Assembly: GCA_043822785.1 (NCBI GenBank)
Contig: JBDRBN010000107.1
Location: 1-15,146 of the forward strand
Direction of reading: 5' to 3'
From: Pseudomonadota bacterium
GTDB lineage: Bacteria; UBA10199; 2-02-FULL-44-16; JAAZCA01
Length of the DNA: 15,146 nucleotides
The position numbers were made by a program, and so were the translations under genes. Under the pieces are notes generated by a model. The model was not told the origin of the DNA. It saw only the letters and a program-made list of their open reading frames with translations, and did not search any database. The number at the start of each line of letters is the position of its first letter. The first letter of the stretch is position 1. Shown one piece after another: positions 1 to 9,892 of this stretch.

Positions 1-138
1 TTTCTCATGTCTAGGTGTCATTGCGAGGAGCGTTTAGCGACGAAGCAATCTCCCGCAAACACAGGTTATAAGGGGATTGCTTCGCTTTGCTCGCAATGAC
101 ATCCATGAAAAACAAGCAGTTCTAACGCGACAGCAGTG
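1..138 (-). mobile_element. MITE copy 1 (truncated by window edge), inverted relative to copy at 2097-2284
   Basis: 1-138 is the reverse complement of 2097-2234 with 4 mismatches. It ends in the TIR TCTAACGCGACAGCAGTG (121-138) and contains the GTCATTGCGAG...CTCGCAATGAC palindrome. Confidence 0.88.
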
Positions 139-170
139 AAAATTCGAATATCCTAAATAATAAAGTCAGT

Positions 171-217
171 TTGGAATTTGGTGCCTGCCCGCGGCAGGCG
201 GGCTTGGAATTTGGAAT
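171..217. repeat. Heptamer array (TTGGAAT-like) interrupted by a 19-nt GC-rich mini-hairpin
   Basis: TTGGAAT TTGGTGC [CTGCCCGCGGCAGGCGGGC, 185-203] TTGGAAT TTGGAAT. Confidence 0.75.
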
Positions 218-233
218 TTTAAAAGGAGGGGTT

Positions 234-437
234 ATGCATACGATACGATTTGGAGATACAGATTTGCCTCCGGAGATTCATCATGTGGAGCACCATATGG
301 GAGTATTTCGAGAAGTAGCGGGAATGGATGAGCTGGATGATATGGTAGAGCATGCTCATCACGAGATTTCAGACCTTGATGGATGCGAGACGCACATGCA
401 TTTCATAACTGCTGATGTGTCGCGCAATACTCATTGA
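234..437 (+). CDS. Small His/acidic-rich hypothetical protein (67 aa)
   Basis: Strong RBS AAAAGGAGG just before ATG 234. Contains 11 His and 15 Asp/Glu. Overlaps the pgeF 3' end by only 35 nt. Confidence 0.65.
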   Translation: MHTIRFGDTDLPPEIHHVEHHMGVFREVAGMDELDDMVEHAHHEISDLDGCETHMHFITADVSRNTH

Positions 438-1098
438 GTAAGATAAAATTTACCTGGCGTTTATTCTTATCGCAATCACGGCGCCAGGAGATGAATCGTT
501 CATTGCAGCAAGTGCAATGAGCGAGCATATCAATATTTTTTCTTGGCACGCCAGCTTTCATAAGAAGCAACTTATTTGCAACTCCAAGATCAACCGAGCG
601 TTTTGCCGCTTTCCATTCGTCATCGATATTTAACTCTTCAAGAGCTTGAATAACTTCTGCGCCAACCTCATAACATTTGCCACAGATCCTTGGCCCTATT
701 GCAGCAATGCAATCGCCTGGATCTGTTCCAAAGCTGACTTTCATCTGCCGAATTGTTTCTCCTACAACATCCAAGCCCGTTCCACGCCAGCCCGCATGCA
801 CTGCTGCAACTGCTTTGCGATGCCTGTCTGCTATGAGTATAGGCACGCAATCGGCTGTACGCACATGGCATATCACGTTTGGACGATCTGTTATAAACAC
901 ATCCCCATATAGTATGCCCTCGTCCTGCTTATCTGTAAGAACGTGCACGCGCCTGCCGTGCAATTGATCTGTATTAAAGGAAGTGTAATTTTGGATATCA
1001 CGCGTTTTTAGATGAGTTTCAAGATCGATAGAACCAACACCAAAGCCGTGAATAACTGCGTCAACGGATTGAAGATGCTGAGAATATATCACATTCAT
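403..1098 (-). CDS. pgeF: PgeF/YfiH family peptidoglycan editing factor / purine nucleoside phosphorylase
   Basis: Motifs TADCVPIL, AVHAGWRG and IGPRICGKCYEVG. ATGA overlap with upstream rluD, a conserved gene pair. Confidence 0.93.
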   Translation of the reverse strand: MNVIYSQHLQSVDAVIHGFGVGSIDLETHLKTRDIQNYTSFNTDQLHGRRVHVLTDKQDEGILYGDVFITDRPNVICHVRTADCVPILIADRHRKAVAAVHAGWRGTGLDVVGETIRQMKVSFGTDPGDCIAAIGPRICGKCYEVGAEVIQALEELNIDDEWKAAKRSVDLGVANKLLLMKAGVPRKNIDMLAHCTCCNERFISWRRDCDKNKRQVNFILLNEYCATHQQL

Positions 1099-2063
1099 AC
1101 ATTCCTCAATTCGTTAAGCAGTTTTTCCAAATCCTTTGGCAGTGGCGCCGTAAACTCCATCCTCTTTCCTGTGCGCGGATGATCTATGCTGAGCTTGCTT
1201 GCATGTAGCGCTGGTCTTGTGAGCTTTGAAGCTGCATCACGCAGTGGACCCGCAGGAAACCTCTTTAATTTCCTCTGCCCGCCATAGAGAGGATCGCCCA
1301 CAAGCGGATGCCCTGCTTCTGCAAAATGCACACGAATCTGATGCGTGCGCCCTGTTTTGATTTTTATCTCCATCCAACTTAGGCTCTTTCCAAATTGCTC
1401 AAGCACCTTCCACTCGGTAAGAGCAGCCCTGCCCTTTCTTGTGTGCGCTGAGATGCGCTTTCTATCGCCAGATGAACGACCAAGCGACGCATCAAAAGTT
1501 CCGGTCTCGGTGCGCATAGAACCTATGATCAGGGCGCAATAAATCTTTTCCACAGTCCGCGCCTTAAACTGGTTAGCAAGCGAATGGTGCGCAAGATCAT
1601 TTTTAGCTGCGATGATTACGCCGCTGGTTCCTGCGTCAAGACGATGCACTATGCCTGCCTTTAACTCTCCGCCAATACCCGACAAATCATGGCAGTGCGC
1701 AAGCAGCGCATTTACAAGAGTTCCGCTAGGATGTCCTGCAGCAGGATGAACCACCATGCCTACGGGCTTATTCACCACGATGATGTCTGAGTCTTCACAT
1801 AATATATCAAGCGCTATATGTTCTGGAACTGCTGATGATGCAACAGGTGGCGGAATTGATATACGCACTCTATCGCCCTCTAAAATCTCATGAGAAGGCT
1901 TTACTTGTTTTTCATTTACCAAGACATGGCCTTCTTCAATCAAGCGCTTTGCATGCGAACGGGAGAGAACATCGATGTGCTCCGCTAAAAAGCAGTCCAG
2001 GCGCGAACCAGAATCTTTGGCATCCACTGTGAGTTTGTATTTTTTTGATTGAGTTGGTTGCAT
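1095..2063 (-). CDS. rluD: RluA/RluD family 23S rRNA pseudouridine synthase
   Basis: S4 domain (RLDCFLAE...SRS), NKPVGMVVHP, catalytic HRLDAGTSG, GRTHQIRVH and GDPLYG. ATG at 2063 is preferred over the ORF-track start lying inside the heptamer repeat. Confidence 0.93.
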   Translation of the reverse strand: MQPTQSKKYKLTVDAKDSGSRLDCFLAEHIDVLSRSHAKRLIEEGHVLVNEKQVKPSHEILEGDRVRISIPPPVASSAVPEHIALDILCEDSDIIVVNKPVGMVVHPAAGHPSGTLVNALLAHCHDLSGIGGELKAGIVHRLDAGTSGVIIAAKNDLAHHSLANQFKARTVEKIYCALIIGSMRTETGTFDASLGRSSGDRKRISAHTRKGRAALTEWKVLEQFGKSLSWMEIKIKTGRTHQIRVHFAEAGHPLVGDPLYGGQRKLKRFPAGPLRDAASKLTRPALHASKLSIDHPRTGKRMEFTAPLPKDLEKLLNELRNV

Positions 2064-2096
2064 GAATAAAATTCTAATTTCCAATATCTAATTTCT

Positions 2097-2284
2097 CACT
2101 GTTGTTGCGTTAGAACTGCATGTTTTTCATGGATGTCATTGCGAGCAAAGCGAAGCAATCCCCTTATAACCTATGTTTGCGGGAGATTGCTTCGTCGCTA
2201 AACGCTCCTCGCAATGACACCTAGACATGAGAAAAATGAATTCTTATATTTCAACCAGTTAACACCTCTAACGCAACAACAGTG
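2097..2284. mobile_element. 188-bp MITE with perfect 18-bp TIRs and 8-bp target-site duplication
   Basis: CACTGTTGTTGCGTTAGA (2097-2114) and TCTAACGCAACAACAGTG (2267-2284). TAATTTCT occurs at both 2089-2096 and 2285-2292. No ORF; second copy at 1-138. Confidence 0.92.
2134..2219. repeat. REP-like palindrome (GTCATTGCGAG/CTCGCAATGAC family) inside the MITE
   Basis: TGTCATTGCGAG...GAAGCAATC...GATTGCTTC...CTCGCAATGACA nested inverted repeats. Confidence 0.88.
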
Positions 2285-2327
2285 TAATTTCTAATATCGT
2301 TTTTTTATGAATACCAATGAAAGGCAA

Positions 2328-2352
2328 AATTAGAAATTGGATATTAGATATT
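2328..2352. repeat. Heptamer array, inverted relative to the 2070-2096 array
   Basis: AATTAGA AATTGGA TATTAGA TATT versus AATTCTA ATTTCCA ATATCTA ATTTCT. Confidence 0.7.
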
Positions 2353-3274
2353 AAGATGGAGCTTCCAATGCGCCCACAAGATCTGCAATCTTAGTAACTC
2401 CATTCTCCTCGCACCATGTATCAAGCCCATCAATGATCTCCATGGCTGCCATGGGCTTTACGAAGTTGGCAGTGCCTATCTGCACTGCAGAAGCGCCGGC
2501 CAACATAAACTCCACCGCATCTGTGGCATTCATTATACCGCCAATGCCGATTACAGGAATTTTAACAACCCGCGCAGCTTCATAAACCATCCTGAGCGCG
2601 ATGGGTTTTATTGCAGGGCCGGAGAGGCCGCCGATCACGTTTGCAAGTACAGGCCTTCTTGCCTTTGCATCTATGGCTATGGCAGGAATCGTATTTATGA
2701 GGGATATTGCATCCGCACCTGCACTCTCCACAGCCTTTGCCATATCAGCGATTGATGGAGAGCTTGGAGACAGCTTGACTATGAGCGTTTTTGAAAATGC
2801 CTTGCGCACAGAAACTATAACCTGGGCAGCTAATTTGGGATCTATTCCAAACTGAATGCCGCCTGCCTTAACATTGGGGCACGATATGTTTACTTCCAAT
2901 GCCTGAACAAAAGGACGTGCTTCAAGGCGCCTTGCCACCTCTGTGTATTCCTCTGCAGCACCACCCAAGACGTTTACGATGACGGTCGCGTCAGCCTTTT
3001 CTAAAAATGGAAGCTTATCAGAGATGAACGCATCCACGCCCACGTTGGCAAGCCCAATGGAGTTTATCATGCCCGATGCAGTCTCGATGACCCTGGGCAT
3101 CTCATTGCCTGGCATGGGTTTAAGCGATATGCCCTTTGTGATAACGGCGCCCAGCTTTGATATATCGTAGAATGATTCGTGAAACTCCTCACCATAGCCA
3201 AACGTACCCGACGCTGCCATGACGGGATTCTTGAGTTCCAACTTGCCAATACTAATTTTGAGATCTGTTTTCAT
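2351..3274 (-). CDS. pyrD: Dihydroorotate dehydrogenase B (NAD+), catalytic subunit
   Basis: NPVMAASGTFG, NISCPN, VKLSP, GGLSGPAIKP and IGIGGI motifs. Lies downstream of pyrK. Confidence 0.96.
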   Translation of the reverse strand: MKTDLKISIGKLELKNPVMAASGTFGYGEEFHESFYDISKLGAVITKGISLKPMPGNEMPRVIETASGMINSIGLANVGVDAFISDKLPFLEKADATVIVNVLGGAAEEYTEVARRLEARPFVQALEVNISCPNVKAGGIQFGIDPKLAAQVIVSVRKAFSKTLIVKLSPSSPSIADMAKAVESAGADAISLINTIPAIAIDAKARRPVLANVIGGLSGPAIKPIALRMVYEAARVVKIPVIGIGGIMNATDAVEFMLAGASAVQIGTANFVKPMAAMEIIDGLDTWCEENGVTKIADLVGALEAPS

Positions 3275-3308
3275 AAATCCAATTTCCAATATCTAATTTC
3301 CAATTTCG
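3275..3308. repeat. Heptamer array between pyrK and pyrD
   Basis: AAATCCA ATTTCCA ATATCTA ATTTCCA ATTTCG. Shares ATTTCCAATATCTAATTT with 2077-2094. Confidence 0.75.
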
Positions 3309-3321
3309 CCTTTCAACGCGG

Positions 3322-4067
3322 TCACCATTTCAATTCTTCAGCCCTAAACACTGGACCATCACTGCAAGTCTTTAAAAATTCTCCATCCTTGCCCTTGCAA
3401 ACACATCCATTGCACACTCCCATTCCACAGGCCATGTACTCCTCCATCGATACCTGTGTGGGAATATCCTTTGACAACCCCATTTTTGCTATTGCTTCAA
3501 GCAAACCCTTAGGTCCGCTCGAAATGAGCGCTGGATTCTTTATAGCATTCAAGTCGCGCTCAAGAACCTGCGTAATCATGCCCTTATGACCCTTACTTCC
3601 ATCTTCGGTTGAAAAAACCACCTTCACTTTCATCTTTTCGAGCTCATCCAGGTAAAGAAATTCAGATATGCTCTTTGCACCATAATATATCACAGCGCCC
3701 TTACCTATTTTTCTGCACAAACCCACAAAAGGAGCAATGCCATAACCGCCTGCTACCAGCACAAGCGTATTCTTGGAATCAGGCATCTCAAAGCCTTTGC
3801 CAAAGGGGCCTGCAACATCTATGCGTATGCCCGCTGGAGCCAAAGCTAGTGCCCGAGTACCTTTACCTACCACTTTATAACAGATTTCAGCCAAGCCCTG
3901 AGATAAGCCCGCAATGCTAAAAGGCCTGCGCAAAAAAACTTCTTTGCCAGATATTGAAATCATTACGAACTGGCCTGGATTATAAGATGGCCAATCCACC
4001 TCAAAGCAAAGCCGATAGGCATCTTTGCCTATGAGCTCGTTGATTTTTATGAACGTGGAGTTCTCTT

Positions 4068-4071
<4 letters not shown>
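3322..4071 (-). CDS. pyrK: Dihydroorotate dehydrogenase electron transfer subunit
   Basis: PGQFVM, LRRPFSI, GPFGKGF and AGGYGIAP motifs, plus the [2Fe-2S] motif CGMGVCNGC...C-DGPVF. Confidence 0.95.
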
Positions 4072-5818
<1,747 letters not shown>

Positions 5819-5902
5819 CTAAAACCTCCTTTTATCATTAATAATAGGGTGTTGAGTCGCCGTAAGTTAGTAGAGCTGGCATGGCTAGTAAAGTATAAAA
5901 AA

Positions 5903-5938
5903 GCTAGACCGGCGAGAAAGGCGAGACAAGCGAGAAAG
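5903..5938. repeat. 9-bp tandem array (GCGAGA(A/C)AR)
   Basis: GCTAGACCG GCGAGAAAG GCGAGACAA GCGAGAAAG, with an inverted remnant TGGTCTCGC at 6030-6038. Confidence 0.75.
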
Positions 5939-5939
5939 G

Positions 5940-6018
5940 TGTCATTGCGAGCGAAAGCGAAGCAATCCCCTAAATCCACGGGGATCGCCACGCCCGCTGA
6001 CGCGGGCTCGCGATGACA
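5940..6018. repeat. REP-like palindrome, same family as the MITE-internal REP, without TIRs
   Basis: TGTCATTGCGAGCGAAAGCGAAGCAATCCCC...GGGGATCGCCACG...GCTCGCGATGACA. Confidence 0.88.
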
Positions 6019-6050
6019 ATTCGTGTTACTGGTCTCGCTCTAATAACTAA

Positions 6051-6959
6051 TCAATCCGCAAATTCCTCAACAGCATTAGCAATCGCTTCAAGATCTGCTG
6101 GCTCAAACCAGCGGATTTCATGATCTGCGCGGAACCAGGTGAGCTGGCGCTTGGCCAAACGCCGGGTATTGCGCTTTATAAGACACACAGCTTCCTCAAA
6201 ATCCAGCTCCCCTTTTATATGCAAAAGCATCTCGCTATACCCGACTGCAGAAAAAGGTTGGATGCTATCGCCATACATATCACGCAAACGCCTTGCCTCA
6301 TCTATGAGTCCATCTTCGATCATCTGATCCACTCGCTCATTGATTCGACCATACAATTCCTCGCGCGAAATCTTAAGACCCACCTTAAGAACCTGGTAAC
6401 GGGTTTCGTTAAATGCGTGCTCATCGTGCACCTTGCTCGCAGGCATGCCTGTGAGATGATAAATCTCCAGCCCACGAATGATGCGCGTATGATCGTTGGG
6501 AGAAATTTTATCAGCAGCATAAGGATCGATCTTAGCAAGCCTTGCATGAAGCACAGGCAACCCATTGGTTTTGATCTCATCCTCAAGCTCTGCCCTAAAC
6601 TCTTCATCACGTGGAGGTGCATCGCACACTCCATGCACGAGCATTTTTATATACATGCCAGTGCCGCCCACCACAAAGGGCATACGCTTTCTTGCTGCGA
6701 TATCAGATATCGCTGCATCTGCTAATTCAACAAAGCGAGCTGCATCAAAGCGTTCTTTTGGATCAGCTATATCGATGAGATGATGCACAACATCTGCGCG
6801 TTCTTTTGCGCTGGGCTTAGCAGTGCCCTTGTCAAACTCGCGCCACACCTGCCCGGAATCAGCAGAAACGATCTCGCCGCCCAATCGTTTTGCCAGCTCA
6901 CATCCTACTTTTGTCTTACCCACTGCAGTAGGACCGCATATGATTATGATCTTTTGCAT
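6051..6959 (-). CDS. miaA: tRNA (adenosine(37)-N6)-dimethylallyltransferase
   Basis: GPTAVGKT, EIVSADS.Q, GTAKP, VGGTGMY and LAKRQLTWF motifs. Confidence 0.97.
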   Translation of the reverse strand: MQKIIIICGPTAVGKTKVGCELAKRLGGEIVSADSGQVWREFDKGTAKPSAKERADVVHHLIDIADPKERFDAARFVELADAAISDIAARKRMPFVVGGTGMYIKMLVHGVCDAPPRDEEFRAELEDEIKTNGLPVLHARLAKIDPYAADKISPNDHTRIIRGLEIYHLTGMPASKVHDEHAFNETRYQVLKVGLKISREELYGRINERVDQMIEDGLIDEARRLRDMYGDSIQPFSAVGYSEMLLHIKGELDFEEAVCLIKRNTRRLAKRQLTWFRADHEIRWFEPADLEAIANAVEEFAD

Positions 6960-6964
6960 TGAAA

Positions 6965-7438
6965 TTATTTACTCACATCCTCAAATGTTAATTTTAGCTG
7001 TGGAAGCGCATCTTCTATAGCACTCCTGATCCTCTCTTGCATATCAGCCGCGGTCTTAAGAGAGCTCTTTGCCTCAGTAACTGTTGTGGATTCAAAGGAC
7101 TCGTAAAAGAATATATTTCGCTTACGACGCATGCGCTCAAATTGCTGCACGAGCCGCTTATAATCGTTTCCCAGAATTGAGCCAGTCAACTCAACAACAG
7201 TCTTATGCTGGGCTCCATCAGCAGGAAGATAGCCATGTGAAAACAAAAGCGCTCTGCCTGCACGCAGCATAGCGTGATAGGCCACAGTGATAGCCCATTC
7301 AGGATCTGCCTCCACAAGCAATCGTGCGGTCTTTAAATCTCTTTGCGCGCGTTTGATCTGATACTCTATCTGTTTATACTGTGGCTTTTGTTTCTTGAGC
7401 TGCCCGCGTTTAAGATATTTAGCAAAGAACTCTTTCAT
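6965..7438 (-). CDS. HEPN domain protein (putative toxin partner of the MNT)
   Basis: AYHAMLRAGRALL helix, H in QHK and a C-terminal RRKRNIFFY. ATGA-coupled to an upstream nucleotidyltransferase. Confidence 0.82.
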   Translation of the reverse strand: MKEFFAKYLKRGQLKKQKPQYKQIEYQIKRAQRDLKTARLLVEADPEWAITVAYHAMLRAGRALLFSHGYLPADGAQHKTVVELTGSILGNDYKRLVQQFERMRRKRNIFFYESFESTTVTEAKSSLKTAADMQERIRSAIEDALPQLKLTFEDVSK

Positions 7439-7989
7439 GGCTGCCCTTTCAGAACGATGTATTTATTGCTTAAAATCTCTTGAAGAAATGGATCGCCACC
7501 AGTACAGCGCCTCTTGTATTCTTGCATGCTATACCACTTGTAGTTGAGCTCCCTACCATATTTTTCTTCAAAGTCCTTGATCGACTCTAAAAAACTGTTT
7601 TCTCCCTTTGCATTTCCAACGATAACAACATCGATATCAGAATGCCCGCGATAGGCTCCTTTTGCATAAGAGCCAAATATGAATGCGATGCGAACTTCTG
7701 GCAATACTTCCACGATTTGTTTGAGACCGGATATTACACCTGCACATTTTTCAACAAGTGATTTTACTTCAAGAGCTATGGAATGATCTGAATTGAAATG
7801 GACAAGGCGCTGATTTCCGCACTTGCGGCTTATGATGAGGCCATCTGACTCAAGGGAGTTGATGGCTTTTTGAAGAACGCCCACCTCTTTGCCGATCCTG
7901 CGGGCAAGCTCGCGAAGATGCAGTTCGCCTTCCGGAGCATGAATTAGAACAGCTAAGATAGACATCTGATTGTCGCTGAATAATGACAT
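7435..7989 (-). CDS. wHTH-fused minimal nucleotidyltransferase (MNT, putative antitoxin)
   Basis: N-terminal HTH (LHLRELARRIG...LESDGLI) and FIFGSYAKGAYRGHSDID, which matches GS-X10-DXD. Confidence 0.88.
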   Translation of the reverse strand: MSLFSDNQMSILAVLIHAPEGELHLRELARRIGKEVGVLQKAINSLESDGLIISRKCGNQRLVHFNSDHSIALEVKSLVEKCAGVISGLKQIVEVLPEVRIAFIFGSYAKGAYRGHSDIDVVIVGNAKGENSFLESIKDFEEKYGRELNYKWYSMQEYKRRCTGGDPFLQEILSNKYIVLKGQP

Positions 7990-8053
7990 AAGCTTATGGC
8001 ATACATTTGTATGCCTTAGAATACAATTCTATGTCTTTTACTGTTTTTGGCAA
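7987..8053 (-). promoter_or_regulatory. Sigma70 promoter and palindromic operator(s) of the MNT-HEPN operon
   Basis: Minus strand TTGCCA (8053-8048)-N16-TAGAAT (8031-8026). Perfect IR GGCATACA-TT-TGTATGCC at 7998-8015, degenerate copy near 8018-8036, and CATAAGCTTATG at 7987-7998. Confidence 0.7.
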
Positions 8054-8105
8054 GAGAGAAAGTACATCTCGCTTTTGATTGTTTAAATCTCTTTGATCTC
8101 GTTGG

Positions 8106-8160
8106 TTCCCTCGACTCCCGAGCACTCAACGCATTGAGTGCTCAGTCACCCGGGATGACA
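8106..8160. repeat. REP-like hairpin related to the family flanking the GIY-YIG gene
   Basis: TTCCCTCGACTC...[GAGCACTCAA-CGCA-TTGAGTGCTC, 8120-8143]...CGGGATGAC resembles ATCCTTCGACTC...CAGGAT. Confidence 0.65.
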
Positions 8161-8180
8161 TCCTGATCACTGGTCACTGG

Positions 8181-9881
8181 TTACTTTCTCTTAAACCATT
8201 TCTCTACTTCTCCTTTATCGATTCTCACCGCTGCAGGGCGGCCGTGGGGACAGGAGGTTATATTCTCTCTCTCAATATCGCGCACAAGCTGGGCCATCTC
8301 TTGGAGTTCTAGCCTATCGCCTGCCCTTACTTGCCTGTGACAGGCAACCACTGCAAAAATTCTGTCCATGGTTTCAGCGATCGATGCTGATCTGCCCAGC
8401 TCTTCAAACTCGGTTGCAAGTTTTTGCATCAAAGGAGCAACGGATGCCCCTCCCAAATGATCTGGCACTGCTTTTACAAGCACAGTGCCACCGCCAAATG
8501 GTTCTATTTCAAAACCCGCCTTTGTAAGTATCTCGATATGTTCCACTACATACGCCGCAGATTTTTCCCCCAGCTCCACGTTTTCTGGAATGAGCAGGCG
8601 CTGCCGTGGAATGCATCCTGATTTAAAATTTGCGCGCAATTTCTCAAACCCGAGTCTCTCGTGCGCTGCGTGCTGGTCTATCAGCACAAGCGAACCATCA
8701 GCATGTTCGCACACGATATATGAAAGCCCGTACTGACCTAAAGGACGAAGATTTGCTGTGCTCTCGATCGGCGAATCATAAATGCGGGGCGCAAGATACG
8801 CCCTGCCCTTTGCATCTCCAACATCGTTTAATCTGTTTCTCTCAAACCTCATTATCGCATCTTCAACTGATGGACCAGAAGTTGCCACCTTTACCTCAGC
8901 TGTGCTCATAGGTTTCTTTATCGCTGATGAAACAAATGAATGCACAGCGCCTCCATCAGCAAAACGAACCTCGCGCTTTGTGGGATGAACATTCACATCC
9001 ACCTTTGTTGGATCCACATCTATCCACAGCGCTGCTGCAGGATATGCGTTGCCTGTGCTTCTTTCGCCAAAGGCCTGAGTAAGCGCGTGCATGAGCATCC
9101 TATCCTTTATGGGCCTTTGATTTAAGAAAAAGTATGTATCCTTTCCGCCCTTTCTTCCGCCGCAAGCTATAAGGCCTCTTATTGAAATCTCAGGACCAAC
9201 TTCCTCTACATTGATAAGTCCATTTCTTGCACGCTCGCCAAAAATTGCTTTGGCACGCTCCATATCCTGAGCAGGCAGAAGACTAAGCTTTCGACTATTA
9301 TCAACTGTGAGCTCAAAGCGAATGTGGGGATATGCCATAGCAAGCGCAACGACCGTATCATATATATGCCCTGCCTCGACCGATGCTGAACGAAGGAACT
9401 TGCGCCTAGCAGGCACATTGAAAAACAGATCGCGCACCTCCACCCGGGTGCCGCCGGCACAGCCTGCGACCCTGGGCCCATAAATCTCGCCACCTGCCAC
9501 CTCTATGCACGCCCCCTCAATCACCTGTGCATCGTTGAGCTTGGATTCGATTGTAAGCCGTGAAACTGCTGCAATGGAAGCCAGGGCCTCGCCACGGAAA
9601 CCCATGGTAGTGATGCGCCAAAGATCATCTGCAGAAATGATCTTACTGGTAGCGTGCCTCAGCACAGAGTTCTTAAGATCAGCCACATCCATACCAAAGC
9701 CATCATCGATCACTGTGATGCGCTTGCTTCCTCCGCCTGCGACATCGATGGTTATGGCCTTTGCCTTTGCATCGATTGCGTTCTCGATGAGCTCTTTGAC
9801 CACTGAGGCAGGCCGCTCCACCACCTCGCCTGCTGCGATCTTTTCGATAACATCGATTGGAAGCTGTTTTATTGTAGGCAT
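8181..9881 (-). CDS. mutL: DNA mismatch repair endonuclease MutL
   Basis: IAAGEVVERPASVVKELIEN, GFRGEAL, DVNVHPTK, endonuclease motif DQHAAHER...E, ACH and CPHGRP. ATG 9881 has an AGGAG RBS. Confidence 0.97.
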   Translation of the reverse strand: MPTIKQLPIDVIEKIAAGEVVERPASVVKELIENAIDAKAKAITIDVAGGGSKRITVIDDGFGMDVADLKNSVLRHATSKIISADDLWRITTMGFRGEALASIAAVSRLTIESKLNDAQVIEGACIEVAGGEIYGPRVAGCAGGTRVEVRDLFFNVPARRKFLRSASVEAGHIYDTVVALAMAYPHIRFELTVDNSRKLSLLPAQDMERAKAIFGERARNGLINVEEVGPEISIRGLIACGGRKGGKDTYFFLNQRPIKDRMLMHALTQAFGERSTGNAYPAAALWIDVDPTKVDVNVHPTKREVRFADGGAVHSFVSSAIKKPMSTAEVKVATSGPSVEDAIMRFERNRLNDVGDAKGRAYLAPRIYDSPIESTANLRPLGQYGLSYIVCEHADGSLVLIDQHAAHERLGFEKLRANFKSGCIPRQRLLIPENVELGEKSAAYVVEHIEILTKAGFEIEPFGGGTVLVKAVPDHLGGASVAPLMQKLATEFEELGRSASIAETMDRIFAVVACHRQVRAGDRLELQEMAQLVRDIERENITSCPHGRPAAVRIDKGEVEKWFKRK

Positions 9882-9892
9882 AATAACTCCTA

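Noticed and set aside
171..233. Upstream TTG starts in the ORF track (171; likewise 2084 for rluD and 3289 for pyrD)
   Set aside because: All fall within heptamer repeats; downstream ATGs fit better.
1..2284. Composite transposon carrying rluD-pgeF between inverted MITEs
   Set aside because: Copy 2 has its own TSD on both sides, indicating independent insertion. The enclosed genes are core housekeeping genes.
8120..8143. Rho-independent terminator of mutL
   Set aside because: The stem is strong but has no U-tract on the minus strand. It is better explained as the core of a REP-like repeat.
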